64,000 nt of DNA from NCBI GenBank assembly GCA_002269645.1, contig NIVC01000323.1, forward strand, positions 248,001 to 312,000, read 5' to 3'. The notes beneath the pieces were generated by a model. That model saw only the letters and a list, made by a program, of their open reading frames with translations. It was not told where the DNA came from and did no database searches. The first letter of the stretch is position 1, and each line of letters starts with the position of its first letter. Below are positions 33,267 through 46,925 of this stretch, piece after piece. Both the position numbers and the translations under genes were made by a program. The DNA comes from Macrostomum lignano (lineage: Eukaryota).

Positions 33267-33829
33267 CGAGAAGCTCACCCTGCAGCCGTGGCGCCGAGAG
33301 AATGACACCCACGAGCGCAACGAGAAGGCGGCCAGGGCCTACCGGGCCCTGATGACCATCACCCTGCGCAAGCCGAGCAGCCCTGAGTACCGCAACTTTA
33401 GCCAGCAGGTGAAATCCATCGCCAAAAGCAAGTACAACTTCACCTATCCCGAGGAGGAGGTGAACAGCTTTGTCGGGGCATTCCACGACGCTGTGATCCT
33501 GTACGCCCTGGCCATCAACGACACCGTCTACGAGCACGGATTCGAAGGCATCGCCAACGGATCGTTGATCACTGAGAAGATGAAGAACAGAACATTCGAA
33601 GGCATCACTGGCACAGTCAGCATCAATGCAAACGGTGACCGAGACGCGGATTACTCACTGTTGGACATGGACAAGAACACCAGGAACTTTGTTGTCGTTG
33701 CGCATTACTATGGCAACCGGCAGAAGTACGAGCTAGTGCCCGGCAAGGAGATTGATTGGTACAATGAGGACAATCTTCCGCCGAGAGACATACCGAAATG
33801 CGGATTTGACTACTCCATGTGCAAGCAGG
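33267..33829 (+). CDS. Receptor guanylyl cyclase constant exon C2 (rest of extracellular domain)
   Basis: PWRREND..AYRALMTIT; AFHDAVILYALA; FEGITGTVSINANGDRDADYSL; PKCGF; acceptor and donor in phase. Confidence 0.95.
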
Positions 33830-33926
33830 GTGAGTTTTTCTATCAATTTCATTTCATGCAGTAGCAAAGTTTCAGCCATGAGTGAACATTTCTTACGTGG
33901 TCACATTAGTGCGATTCTAGCCCTTG

Positions 33927-34231
33927 CCTGGAATTGTGGCCTACTAGTGAGAGCGTCTGACTCACGACTTGAAGGTCGGGGTTTCGATTCCCGATACCAC
34001 TGGAACAATTTGTGTCATTGAGCAAGACACTTAACTCTGCATTGCTTCAGTTCACCCAGCTGTAAAATGGGTGCCAGAATTAACTGGGGTAATTGAGGTT
34101 GTGTGTGTGTGTGGCGACCTCCCAGACCTTGGACTGAACAGCCTTCAGAGGCACCGCGCAATAGCTATGGCTGAGCTGTCGGTTGCACACATCTGCCAAA
34201 TGGGGCGGGTGTAATAAATTATTATTATTAT
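33927..34231 (+). mobile_element. tRNA-derived SINE with conserved-core-like segment
   Basis: A-box-like TGGCCTACTAG, B-box GGTTTCGATTCCC, core-like TGAGCAAGACACTTAAC..CACCCAGCTGTAAAATGGG, (ATT)n tail, 9-bp TSD TAGCCCTTG at 33918-33926 and 34232-34240. Confidence 0.85.
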
Positions 34232-34426
34232 TAGCCCTTGAGGGATAGCCCGCAAGGCAAAGGGTTTACATGTCTAGCTATGAGAGTGTAAGTATGCCTA
34301 CTCAGATGTCAGCGAAATGGACATGACTGCTCTTTGTTCGATTCGTGCTCAAAAGTTCACCTTTTAGGCCCTAAAGCGACAGCTAAAGAATGAAAGTAAA
34401 GGATTGCCTCGCTCATGTTTCCGCAG

Positions 34427-35175
34427 ACCTGAGCAAGGTGGCCACGTACGCCGTCGTAGTTCTCCTGGTGCTCATCTGCGTTCTCTCCGTAGTCATCGCG
34501 GTCATCTACCGGAAACTGAGGCTGGAAAGCGAGCTGCACGCGATGAACTGGCGAATCCCTTGGTCGGAGCTCGAGCCGATGGAGCGAATCGCCGCGGGCA
34601 GGCGGACCAGCGAGTCGGGGAAAGACCTGCAGCAGCAGGACGAAGAGCCGGAGCAGTCGCAGCCTCACCGACACCACCAGCACCGCGGTCAGTCGCATCA
34701 GAAGCGAACCGACAGCGTTCGAATTCTGTTTGGAAACAGTCACAACGAAGGCAGCACGTCGAAGAAGAACCGAGATGAGAAAAAGCATCAGAATGACCAG
34801 CACAGCGGAGCAGCTGCCGAGGAGATGAGCCTGGTGTCAGTTGACACGATTGCAGGGGTGCCGCTGAGTCAGATTCCAGTGACGCAGCTCTTTACCAAAA
34901 CTGCCTACTACAAGGGAGCTCTGGTAGCTTTGAAGCCGCTGTCTCTGAGAAACAAACGAATCGAAGTGACGAACAAACTGCTGATGGAAGTGAAGCGGGT
35001 CAAAGATTTAACATCCGACAATGTGATCCGGTTCATTGGAGCGTGCCTGGACGCGCCGAACGAGTGCCTAGTGAGCGAGTATTGCCCCAAGGGATCGCTA
35101 CAGGACGTACTGGAGAATGACAATCTCAATCTAGATTGGATGTTCAAGTTTTCACTGATGCTCGACATCTGCCGG
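34427..35175 (+). CDS. Receptor guanylyl cyclase constant exon C3 (transmembrane helix, juxtamembrane, start of kinase-homology domain)
   Basis: YAVVVLLVLICVLSVVIAVIYRK; WRIPWSEL; YKGALVALK; FIGAC..SEYCPKGSLQDVL..LDWMFKFSL. Confidence 0.95.
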
Positions 35176-35269
35176 GTGAGATCGGTTTGAGTACATTAAC
35201 GCATAATACTTCAACTTCAAAGTGGTACTTTTTTGTTCAGGGGCTGTTAACATTAGTTTTAAGCTAGAC

Positions 35270-35456
35270 ACTCTGGTTTCACTGTAGACACTCTGGTTTC
35301 ACTCACTGTAGACACTCTGGTTTCCCTGTAGACACTCTGGTTTCCCTGTAGACACTCTGGTTTCCCTGGTAGACACTCTGGTTTCCCTGTAGACACTCTG
35401 GTTTCACTGTAGACACTCTGGTTTCACTGTAGACACTCTGGTTTCCCTGGTAGACA
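35270..35456. repeat. 20-bp minisatellite (TAGACACTCTGGTTTCCCTG)
   Basis: Tandem units. Confidence 0.9.
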
Positions 35457-36080
35457 CACTACAAAGTGTTAAGTTTGTAAACTTATGTAGACGCCCTACG
35501 CTCTAAATAGTGTCCACTGCTATTGAAGTTGTTAAATTCAGTTCTAATAATTAATTGTTCTTTGAAGACTCTGTCATTCATTTTTGGCAGTTGCACTTAG
35601 ATTTTACCTCTCTCTACTACTGTCCTGTCACCTTTCAACCGAGTCTATCACGCGGAGCTTGAATCCATTAGCTAAGGGGACTCAGAGGTTCCATTAGACA
35701 GAATTTTGAAACAATAGTTCGTTCCTCTTTCTTTTGTTAACTTGCTTAATTTCTTTGGAATTGGAAATTGAATCGCCCAGCTGGGATTGACAATGTTTAA
35801 ACTGCCCTTTGCTGATCCCATCCAAATGACGTCGTTGCTGTGATGAGCTTTCTGCAAAGCTAGAATATCCCATTAGCCCAAAAAATCCGCATCTGTACCT
35901 CTGCTTAAATATAAGTCCGTTAATACGAGTAGCTCGCTTCAGAGGAAGCAGTCCATTAAATTTATGCCAGCTTCTTATTTAATCTGACTATATCGCGTCA
36001 AATAACTCCATTAGCAACTAGGCAAGATTTGCCATTATCATTTCTAAAAAAATCCTACAAAAATGATACCCTTAATTTAG

Positions 36081-36249
36081 GGAATGATCTACCTGCATCA
36101 CAACTTCGGCTCGCATGGAAACCTGAAGTCTTCTAACTGTCTGGTGGATTCGCGATTCAGCTTGAAGATCGCCGACTTTGGACTGCAGTCTCTGCGAGGC
36201 ACCAAGGACTACAAGGACAAGGAGGACGCTGAGTATTCTTCATATCGCA
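36081..36249 (+). CDS. Receptor guanylyl cyclase constant exon C4 (pseudokinase)
   Basis: [29 protein letters not shown] (HGN in place of HRD). Confidence 0.96.
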
Positions 36250-36562
36250 GTGAGTTCGATTCCCAACCAAGCCTTCATGAACCTTAGTTAAACCTGAATT
36301 TACAAAATATCGTATACTAACAACCATCATAATTAGATGATTAAATTACCTGACATGAATTACATGCATATATCGTGTAATCATTAACTAACTATTGTAT
36401 TTACTAACTTAGCCTCAAAGGATTCGATCATAAAATAACTAGTCTTTATGGTATAGTTTCTTCCCCGTGTAGAGACTTCATTCGGTCTACAACCTTCATA
36501 TATTATTAATGTTACCTGTATCTTTTGTTATTTACAGCGTGAACTTATATATCAGTCATTAA

Positions 36563-36928
36563 ATCAGTCAGTCAGTCAGTCAGTCAGTCAGTCAGTCAGT
36601 CAGTCAGTCAGTCAGTCAGTCAGTCAGTCAGTCAGTCAGTCAGTCAGTCAGTCAGTCAGTCAGTCAGTCAGTCAGTCAGTCAGTCAGTCAGTCAGTCAGT
36701 CAGTCAGTCAGTCAGTCAGTCAGTCAGTCAGTCAGTCAGTCAGTCAGTCAGTCAGTCAGTCAGTCAGTCAGTCAGTCAGTCAGTCAGTCAGTCAGTCAGT
36801 CAGTCAGTCAGTCAGTCAGTCAGTCAGTCAGTCAGTCAGTCAGTCAGTCAGTCAGTCAGTCAGTCAGTCAGTCAGTCAGTCAGTCAGTCAGTCAGTCAGT
36901 CAGTCAGTCAGTCAGTCAGTCAGTCAGT
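36563..36928. repeat. (CAGT)n microsatellite
   Basis: Pure tetranucleotide run. Confidence 0.99.
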
Positions 36929-38913
36929 TACTAACAACTAGCTACTATCCTTTAATTTTATGAAAAAAATTATTTAACGTGATAAGCCCAATCTATATTT
37001 GGTCTGTCATATATTTGGATCAATGTTTAATTGCTACACTTTTCCATGTTTTCCATTTTTTCAGGACAGTTCTATGGTAAGAGACACATTTGCAAGTGCG
37101 TAATCGGAATGAATAAGTCGTGTGTTTTTTGCCTTATAAAGTTTTAAATAATAACATCGCGATAATGCGGCCTTGTATACAGTGTGCGGCTTGGTAGGAT
37201 ATCACTGTACACCATATATTCATCAAGTAGCAAAAACTTCGAGGTTAACCAGATATTTCACCGATTGTCTAATTATATAATAGCTTTCGAAAAAAGCCAG
37301 TATAGCTACACTCCGCTAAAATGGTGCGGAATCACAAAAAACTGTCAGAACGGCTATAGCTAACACAGTGAGTGTATAGACTGTTAAAAATTTATTCAAA
37401 AAAATTAAAATATAGTTTTAATATTAATTAGCTATTGTCAATTACATCACATGACGTTTTTATATATGCACCCATCAGATATGCTTTCCATGCAATCACC
37501 TCGAAATGCATTTTAATCTGTCATTATTTAAATATATATCGAGATGGATATGCAGTTAATTAGTAGTTAACCGAGTTTCATCTTATTAGTATGTGATTCT
37601 CTCTTTTACTATATTTTTGTAGTGGCCTGCAGATGCCGTTTTAATCTTCACAAATATCACTATCACTATTTTAACTTGTTTAACTACATTAACTGACGTG
37701 GAACTTTTAAACAAAATATTTTTACCAGCTTTCTAACGAAAATTAGGAAGAATATCTAAGAAATTCTGACACGAACACTGAAGCTTGCTTTATTACGTAT
37801 TTAAATTTACCAATTAGATCAAGCCAGGAAATTAATATCGATCTAAGCGTTGGTTGGATTTCTGAGTAGTTAAACAAAAGTAGAAATTAATTTTTAGCAA
37901 ACTATTTTAATACCATAAATATTTTTATTTCAGTGCGTCATTGCGGTAGGTTGGAAAACTTGAGTGTGAGTGTCGAGTTTGAAGTACCGAAAAAACGATT
38001 GTCTTGCTTTAATTTCTGTCAGACAAGAGCCAGAATGTCCAATTTCTGCTTTACTCATAATTATCACTTCCAGAACTGTTTTTATTAACTCTTTTCTGTA
38101 AATCTGTCATTTTGACGCAAAATTTTAGGAACTTTAGAAAACAAACAAAACTTTTAAACAACAGTGGACAAACATTATTTACATAAGCTGAAAAAGTATT
38201 TACTGTCATTTTAAATGCCCTGGCAATCTCCCCAATTTTTATTCCGTTTTTTATTTAGGTCGAAGCGCCGTTTTATTGTCAAGATAAACAAAAAATCTCT
38301 TTAGCATAATACGCACAAAAAACTATAGGCACATATTGTAGATAGGATAAAAGATTTTAATAAAGATCTAAAACTCTTGAAAGAATTATGGGTTTCAGCT
38401 AATAAAATCCTGCTTTACTCGCCTGCTTCTTCCTTCGCTGCTATGTGAAACTTTACATGTATAAAGTAAAAAATTGTTGGGGACTTAATTTATAACTAAT
38501 CGAATCTCCAAAAATCTAGCAGTAACATAAGTCGTTAAAAAAGTTCAATTATTTACTTAATTAGCTCAGGCTTCAATAGCATGTACTCCGGATTTGCTTT
38601 TTGGCTAGATTTAAAAACACTGCTTGAGGTGTGCGAAAATTAGATAAAAAATACACGTAGCATACCGATTTTTTTGGGAAATAATACTTTTTTCTAGGAA
38701 ATGTCAACTCTGCACTCCGACTCTCTAACCGGGTCTGCCACTCTACCGACTCGGAATTTTGTCTAGAGCTTGCGTTTTCTCGACGCATGAAGTCCTTGAG
38801 CCTGTTCTTTGAAATTTGTTTGACTTTTCATTCACTAACTTGAGCCCTACTGTCTGACTGCATTTTTCCACCTTCTCCTTCCCCTGCCTACCACCATTTT
38901 TTATAATCTACAG

Positions 38914-39072
38914 ACAAGCTCTGGACTGCGCCCGAACTGCTCCGCAACCCGACGCCGCCGCCTGAGGGGACCAAGGAAGGCGACGTCTACAGCTTTGCCA
39001 TCATTTGCCAGGAGATCATCTACAGGAGAGGCGTCTTCTTCATCAGCGACTACGACTTTCCCGAGCCGCAAG
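38914..39072 (+). CDS. Receptor guanylyl cyclase constant exon C5
   Basis: [27 protein letters not shown]; absent from the ORF track, found by reading; cag acceptor, G|gtaag donor. Confidence 0.95.
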
Positions 39073-39088
39073 GTAAGATAGATACTCG

Positions 39089-39461
<373 letters not shown>

Positions 39462-40450
39462 GGTGTGTATTGGATTAGTAGAGCTGATCCAAGTTAGCGC
39501 GAAGCAAACTTGCTGTCCTCAAAGAGCAATCGCATTGCGCGGTCAGTAAGCCATCGCATCTAAAAGCAGCGAAGCAATCCCATGAAGAGCTCAAGACTGA
39601 ACGAAGCCAGAAAGTTAAAAATAGCCCAAAAGGCAAAGCCATTGCCTTCCCTTTTGCGTGCTTTCCAATATCTGGGAGCATTCCTGTCACTTTATGATTT
39701 ACAATGGCCCTACTTAGCGTCTAAATTCACGGGATTAGAGAGAGCCTCTACGTTAGAACCGATTCCGTATGCAGCTTCTACCTATTCGAAATGCGCTTAA
39801 TCCTTACGTGACTAAATGCGCACTTATTCCGCATTCCTGAATTATTCCAAAATCATCAACAGAGTATTAAAAATTGCTCGCAGCGTTTTCGCCTCCAAGT
39901 AGAATACAATCGAAGTTGTACAAACTGGTTTTGTTACAGCACACTTTGACATTGGAATGCAAGATTTAAGCTTTGATGCACCATTTTTTATTGCTTAATC
40001 TTTTTTTTATTTTACAGTGACATTCGACAGATAAATGTTTAACAAAATGAAACAGGCGTATTGAGGGTTAAAATAGGTCAAGCATTAAAAATATATTCTG
40101 TTTGCATCACAACTATGCCCGTAGTCCGAAAAGAGAAGAATGTTGCGTTTTAAAAACTCAAGTCGAGAACTTGCTCATATAGGCTATCGCTTTGATCCCA
40201 ATGGTACAGAGAATTTTATTCAGCTTTAAATTGAAACAAATCTTCCAACAGCCGGTTCAACCAAACTGAAGTTGTTTATAACTTTACATTTAGTACGGCT
40301 CGTAAAAACCTCGATGTACGAGTAAAACTACAAACCTAACTCACTAAACCTAAATTAGACTAACTCACCACTTGGTCCATTTCACCTTTTCCTTAGCTCA
40401 AAGTTGTTTTGCTCCTATATCTTTATTCTTCATCATCGTAATTTTTGCAG

Positions 40451-40911
40451 AAATCGTGGAAAAGGTTAAAGAAATCTCCAACCAGATGTACCGACCAACT
40501 CTGGACGCGGAAACGAACGATCCGGACCAGGAGCGCTCCGAGGCGCTGATCAACACCGTCAGAAACTGCTGGCAGGAGGACCCCGCCGCCCGGCCCAGCT
40601 TCAACTCAATAAAAAGCCGCATCAGCCGTTTTAACAAAGACGCTGAGTCGGGCAACATTTTGGACAATCTTCTTAAACGGATGGAGCAGTACTCCAACAA
40701 TTTGGAGAGTCTTGTTGCTAAACGAACCGATCTCTACCTTGAAGAGAAGAAGAAAGCGGAGAACTTGCTGTACTGCATGCTGCCAAAGTCGGTGGCCACC
40801 ACCCTACTCAGGGGAGAGTCAGTCACCGCCGAGTGGTTCGACTCTGTCACCATCTATTTTTCGGACATTTGCGGCTTCACGGCGCTGTCTAGCGAGAGCA
40901 CCCCACTGGAG
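40451..40911 (+). CDS. Receptor guanylyl cyclase constant exon C6 (end of kinase-homology domain, signalling helix, start of cyclase)
   Basis: [12 protein letters not shown]; MEQYSNNLE; [11 protein letters not shown]; [12 protein letters not shown]. Confidence 0.96.
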
Positions 40912-41320
40912 GTGAGGCTCAGTTTCTGAGGGTCCTGTAGCTACATTTCCAATAACTTGGTTACAAGCATTAATAATTGTTGTACTGATTCGAGCACTTT
41001 CCTGAGTGAGGTGGCTCCAATCTGAAGCCTTCAACAGTAGCGTCGGTAGTTGTGCTACCACCAGTCCCTTTGGGTCTCAGTCTCCGGTGAGGTGCTGGTG
41101 AAGATTTGCGACTCCAAACGACCTTGTCAGCTCAGCGGGTGGTTAGGAGGGCGGCGATCTTAGCCTTACGGTAATCAGGAACATCTAGGTCTTAGGACTG
41201 AGCTTTTGTCCATCTAGGCTTTACGTACGTAATCTTACTGCCTACATAATATATCTTTTTTCCTGTCACAATTGATTGAAATAACTAAATGATTTGATAC
41301 AATTATCCTGCCTGTTTCAG

Positions 41321-41564
41321 GTAGTGACCCTGCTAAACGATCTCTACACTCTATTTGACCGCATCATCGAACAGTACGACTGCTACAAGGTTGAAACCAT
41401 TGGCGACGCCTACATGGTTGTCTCCGGTTTGCCAATGCGAAACGGCATCCTGCACGCCAGGGAGATTTCACGGATGGCTTTGAGCTTTCTGCAAAATATC
41501 TACAGTTTTAAAATTCGTCACAAACCGGATGTGCAGTTGAAGCTACGGATTGGAATTAATTCTG
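41321..41564 (+). CDS. Receptor guanylyl cyclase constant exon C7 (cyclase)
   Basis: [35 protein letters not shown]. Confidence 0.97.
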
Positions 41565-41694
41565 GTTAGTCAGTCGATTAGGTCGCTTTTGCCCAGTGTT
41601 ATTTGTCGTTGATATTGGAACTTGCCAGTCGAATGATAACTGTTGAGCTTATGGGAGTCTCGTCACCGTTGGACTTGTTGGGTGCCAGTCATGG

Positions 41695-42165
41695 AGAACA
41701 GTTAGGCTTGTGGGGTGTCAGTCATAGAGAACAGTTAGGCTTGTGGGGTGTCAGTCATAGAGAACAGTTAGGCTTGTGGGGTGTCAGTCATAGAGAACAG
41801 TTAGGCTTGTGGGGTGTCAGTCATAGAGAACAGTTAGGCAATTGTGGGGTGTCAGTCATAGAGAACAGTTAGGCTTGTGGGGTGTCAGTCATAGAGAACA
41901 GTTAGGCTTGTGGGGTGTCAGTCATAGAGAACAGTTAGGCTTGTGGGGTGTCAGTCATAGAGAACAGTTAGGCAATTGTGGGGTGTCAGTCATAGAGAAC
42001 AGTTAGGCAATTGTGGGGTGTCAGTCATAGAGAACAGTTAGGCTTGTGGGGTTTCAGTCATAGAGAACAGTTAGGCTTGTGGGGTGTCAGTCATAGAGAA
42101 CAGTTAGGCTTGTGGGGTGTCAGTCATAGATAACAGTTAGGATTGTGGGATGTCAGTCATAGATA
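41695..42165. repeat. 33-bp minisatellite (GTCAGTCATAGAGAACAGTTAGGCTTGTGGGGT)
   Basis: Tandem units in intron. Confidence 0.95.
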
Positions 42166-42263
42166 ATATGCTGTATGTTTTTTACATAATTATCAGCCGT
42201 ATAGCCATAACTGTGCTCGGTAGTCTTGAGCTTCATATCCAGACTAACCATTTCATCCTTCAG

Positions 42264-42454
42264 GTCCCGTCTGCGCGGGCGTTGTAGGCCTAAAGATGCC
42301 TCGCTACTGTTTGTTTGGCGACACAGTCAACACAGCCTCCAGAATGGAGAGCAACGGCCTACCGCTAAAGATTCATATCAGCTCCTTCACGCACGAGATT
42401 TTAGAGGAAATTGGAGGATTTGTCACTACAGCTAGAGGCGAAGTCGAAATGAAG
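42264..42454 (+). CDS. Receptor guanylyl cyclase constant exon C8 (cyclase)
   Basis: [30 protein letters not shown]; Glu (KVETIGD) and Cys (RYCLFG) indicate GTP specificity. Confidence 0.97.
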
Positions 42455-42543
42455 GTACGGAGCTATACACGTGTGAATAACTTTTAAGCTTTTAAATATG
42501 TATAATCTCTGTTTCTGACCTGAATACTTTGATTGATCTCCAG

Positions 42544-42633
42544 GGTAAAGGAAAGCAACTCACCTACTGGCTTCACGGCGAGGGCGACAGCATAGTAGAC
42601 CCGGTTGTATCCAACGGGTCACTCAATCAGTAA
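42544..42633 (+). CDS. Receptor guanylyl cyclase last exon C9
   Basis: GKGKQLTYWL then TAA at 42631-42633. Confidence 0.93.
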   Translation, partial: GKGKQLTYWLHGEGDSIVDPVVSNGSLNQ

Positions 42634-43181
42634 AAAAGCGTGCTTTTAACATCTGAATTGGTTCACAAAACACCTTCTCATTCGCTTAAAAGTAATGTGC
42701 TTATCCGCTGAACACAGTTTACCTGGTGATTGTTTTTAAGAATCAGATGGCAGTAATAACAACTCCCTGCTTACTGAAGTACAGATAATTAAAGTAGAAT
42801 GACGCTCACCTTCAAAGAAAACAAAAATATTATTTGAACTAAGGTAGTAAATACTCGTAGTATTTTGCATATCCAGATGGGTCACAATGCTCTGTTCTAG
42901 GATGCGTATTTTGCTTGTTATTTTGTATATATTCATTAGCTCGTACTGGCTTTGACTTTCAAGCATTCTCAGTTTTGAAAACAATGTAGTAAGTTTAATG
43001 TGCGTATACTACTAATTAGTATTCATTCTAAGTAGCATTTTTTGAATTTCGCTACGGTATGAAATTGCTTAATTACATCATTTCTAGCTGGTCTTATTTA
43101 AAAGAGATTCTACGAATTAATTTGTGTGATGGATGCTCCACAGCTTAGTTTAGGGCTTTAAAATTTACTCATTTTCTTAAT

Positions 43182-43347
43182 GGGACGCTAGAATTCGCGC
43201 AATTGGATTTGAGTTAGAGGGTTTAGATAGGAGTATTTGTTGGTGTAAATGTATTTAAATACATTCCCGCGAAATTCAGTCGCTTGGATTCCAGTTTGTT
43301 CAAAACCTAGTCGCGCGAATGCCAAATCGCGCGAATTCTAGCGTCCC
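43182..43347. mobile_element. MITE-like element with 19-bp terminal inverted repeats
   Basis: GGGACGCTAGAATTCGCGC (43182-43200) and its exact reverse complement (43329-43347). Confidence 0.75.
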
Positions 43348-45297
43348 CTTATGATTAGAAAACTAAAAAAACATGTACACACACGTAGAGCTAAGCTTGC
43401 TTATAAATCAAAGAGAACGAATACTGCAGTCGCACATTTATTTAGCAAAGTGTCTTGTCCACTAAAGCATGCTCGATTGGGTCGATGTTAGCGGCAACTC
43501 AGCTTCAAGTTCACGCTTGCAACTGTTTAGATTCATTCCACGGCTTAAAAATTTGAATTATGTAAACTTTTTTCGTTTTCTATAATTAGAATTGATATTT
43601 GATGAAAAACTTGCAATACATTAAAATAAATTTGTAGATTCATATACACATATTTTTGTATGTCAATCCTACGAGCTAAGCAATTTTTCAACTGTTTTTT
43701 AACGTTAAGACATTAGGATGAATATTTGTGCAAAGCCCGCTTCAAATGAAAGTCTGCCGTTTGTTGTTGTGAAATAAAAAAGTTATATCGCTAATAATAT
43801 ATTACGCATACAAGCACCACAATGTACATGGATTCTGAGCTCAAACTTGTTAGTGTTTTCTGTTAATGCTGAGATTACGCCTGCCTGTTTTGTACATTAG
43901 TATGATATATATCTCAGGAATCAGAAAGAAGAATACGTGCTTCAGCCAGTTGTATTATTTGTACAACTGTCCCATCGTTAAGTTTTGTATATGTGGCGAT
44001 AAATAGCTATATTGTACGAAAGTATTCAAAGATTGATGTATTTCTTGTATTTGTTAGTTCTCGAATACGGTTTGCAATTCAAACCAGGTCAATGATCAAG
44101 CTAAAGCTAATTAGCTACAACTAACCAACCAAATGTACGCGCTAATAAAAGTACATGTAAACTAGCTCGTAAACTAAGTCCAACAAAAGTTCGAATCCCC
44201 TATCAAAAATGAGTGAGCTATCAGACGAAACAAAATTGCATGTTATACAAAGAAAATAACTCACGTTAATTCGCGATATGTTATACTTATACATTCTCGT
44301 ACAACAATTCAACGTTCCCGAGATGTCGATGACAGATACGTACTTTTACATTTCACCGACGTTCAGCCTCGACCAGACTGCGGTCCTCCTCCGACGGGCT
44401 TAACAGCTGGCAGGCCAATACTACTAGTACGTCCTTATCCGTCGATGTGATGTAAATGTCGACGTCGATGTGTATTGAATTGAAGGGAAAACCAGTAAAG
44501 AATGTAAAAAAATTAAAACGACCATGAGTGTGCTGTGTAGTTTTTTATTTTCAAAAAAACCTCAGGAAGATGACCAGAGCGTCAGTCTAAAGCAGCTGGC
44601 CAGAGCGATCAAACTACAGAAGCTGCTGAAGTTTGACAGCTGCGACGACCTGTCTGACGAGTTCCGCGGGCGCACTGCTGAAAATAGCGACAAGACAGAT
44701 TCAAAGCTATGAGGCTGAATTCGACATCTAAAGTCTTCCATGAGCCCCTCATTGACTTCAAAGCTATCAGCTGGGACATTCACCAATCACACGGATCTGT
44801 AATTCCTCTACGGCTCTGATGAAGGCTGCTGCAGAAAAATTCCACTAGCTTTACTGGCTTACCAATTGGAGCACTGAAAATGCTTGGGGCAGGACTGCTC
44901 TACTAGACTTGACTGACTGTTCAAAAAAGTAAAACAGGTGAATTCTTTCGAAGCGGTAAGCAGCTTTTTAAACAGTACGCCCATAGAACTCATAGAACAC
45001 AAAGTAACAACAAAGTACTTTGACTACTCGCCGTCGAGCTTAGGTAGTTTTTTGTAACAAGTTCAAAACTCATGCAAATGCTTAACTCAAGGACTTCTAG
45101 ACGAGAAAGAAGTCTCGTCTATAACTAAAATTGTCCTTAGCTTAACTTTGCCCTGCATTTGCTTTTAAAAAGAACAGGCTCCAGTTTTAAGGATTGGCAG
45201 TAGTACTTATGGCTCTATAGAGTGTGTCAATCAGATTCAAACAATTTTTTCAGTGTAATTTGAGAATTATTCGTTCATCAAACTTTTTTACCGCAAG

Positions 45298-45650
45298 GAC
45301 CGGATGAAGAATCCAGCTCATGGCAGTTTTACAGGTTTGTGCTCGACCAGCTGTCTCTCATTCGGCCGAACCGCGACATTTTCGGCTTTGCTGGACCAGT
45401 TGGACTGACCAGAATCATGGAGCGGTACGAGGCCAAGCATCCGCTGACAAACGACTCCATGGAAGCGGTGTACGTGCCGCCATCGTTCAGCTTCTATCCG
45501 TACGAGAACAACTCGTGGAGCGGCATTTCGGAGGTTTTTTCAAAACTATCGACTGTCCAATATGGGCATTAGCTGCAGGAAACTGACCGACGCCAATGAT
45601 CCCAGTATGCAGCATCTCAGAACGGTGAAGAACCTGACGCAGCTGTGATC
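45298..45650 (+). pseudogene. Possible glycosyltransferase (GT32/A4GALT-like C-terminal) exon or fragment
   Basis: GPVGLTRIMERY and VYVPPSFSFYPY resemble GPxLLTRV..LPPEAFYP; no DXD exon found; possible frameshift in the T run near 45535. Confidence 0.3.
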
Positions 45651-46826
45651 AAATATCACCAATTATAACCCGGTCACGGATTCGTCACCAACTGTGTTCG
45701 CCCTTCACGACATGCGGAAGAGCGGAACGAGCAGGGGTGGAGTTCTTGGACGGGAGTACTTCTCTGAGCAAATCGAAATTGTTCAAGTTGTAAAAGGGAT
45801 TCTACTTGGTAGCTCGTACTAACTTTACAAGAGTTTAAATATCGTTGATTCGTCACCCGTCTCGGCTTTTTCTTCTGCTAATTGCAATGATTTCAGCTGT
45901 ACTTAAGCAGTGTATTTCATTGCATGAGATGTGGACAAAAAGAAGCGAGGGTTAATTAAATTTATACGTCACAATATGAAGTTTTTGCTGCGGAGCAAGG
46001 CCGATCAAAGTATTCAATCATGAAATTTTTGTTACACAACTGTAACGGTTCGATAATTCTGAGTTTGAAGCGATTGTGTTTCTTAAAACTTTAGTAGAAT
46101 CAAATGCTATTTTTTGCTGTCTTACTTGTGTACGTCAATTTATTCTAGGGTTCTAATAATATGTTTTAGGATTTTGTTTAAGTAGATTTCGTTTCCAAGA
46201 AATGAGACTCATATTTAAGCATGCAACTTATAGTATTTTTCTGTAAACGTGTGGCAGCCTTGAACGTATATCAACTTAGCATGTACGTGAGATATAAATT
46301 ATAATCAGAGCCGATCACTTATCAAGATTTATTATGCTACGAGTAATAGTAAATCGTCCAGGACTGACAGACGTAGCTGCTGAACCATACGCTGCTAATA
46401 CTCTCCTTCGCTAGTAATATTAAATATACCGGACTCGTTACACAACATTTATTCGAAGTATTGAACACTTCAAAAAGCGAAATACATGTACCAACAAAAT
46501 CATTTATCTTTTCTTAGAGCACGAAGGCTTTGTTGAAGTTATTATCAGCAAAAAGGCAATAAAATTTTATTGCTTAGGTCATTGATGGTTTTCTAATTTT
46601 AACTCATCAGACAAGATAAGATAAGACAAGATAAGACAAGTGTCAACGATGCATAAGCTAAGATGAATTCTAACAAAACGAAAAAGTTGCATGTTGTTAT
46701 ACAAAAAAAGCGTTCAAGTTAAAGATCAACTTTTTAGTTTTACTTGAGTTACTTCAGTCTCATGGCTGAATAACTAAATTGTCTATAGTAACATGCACAG
46801 TGTATACGCGAGTCGCTGAGCCGCTA

Positions 46827-46925
46827 GATTAAAAGATACTAAGAAATAATAAAAGATAGTTTTACGTGCTTTGAGCAGAGCATGAGGCCTTCTCTGTAAA
46901 AACTGGAATACTAATCCTTGGCTTT
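46827..46925 (+). repeat. Dispersed repeat, second copy at about 52030-52125
   Basis: Shared AATAATAAAAGATAGTTT..GTGCTTTGAGCAG..CTCTGTAAAA. Confidence 0.7.

Noticed and set aside
33930-34000. tRNA gene
   Set aside because: A and B boxes only; no acceptor stem; continues into a SINE body with tail and TSD
41030-41110. Short repeat similar, in inverted orientation, to about 59705-59775
   Set aside because: Probably fragments of one dispersed repeat; too short and diverged to classify
44812-44850. CTGATGA..GAAA hammerhead candidate
   Set aside because: No pairing stem II and no NUH site with stems I/III
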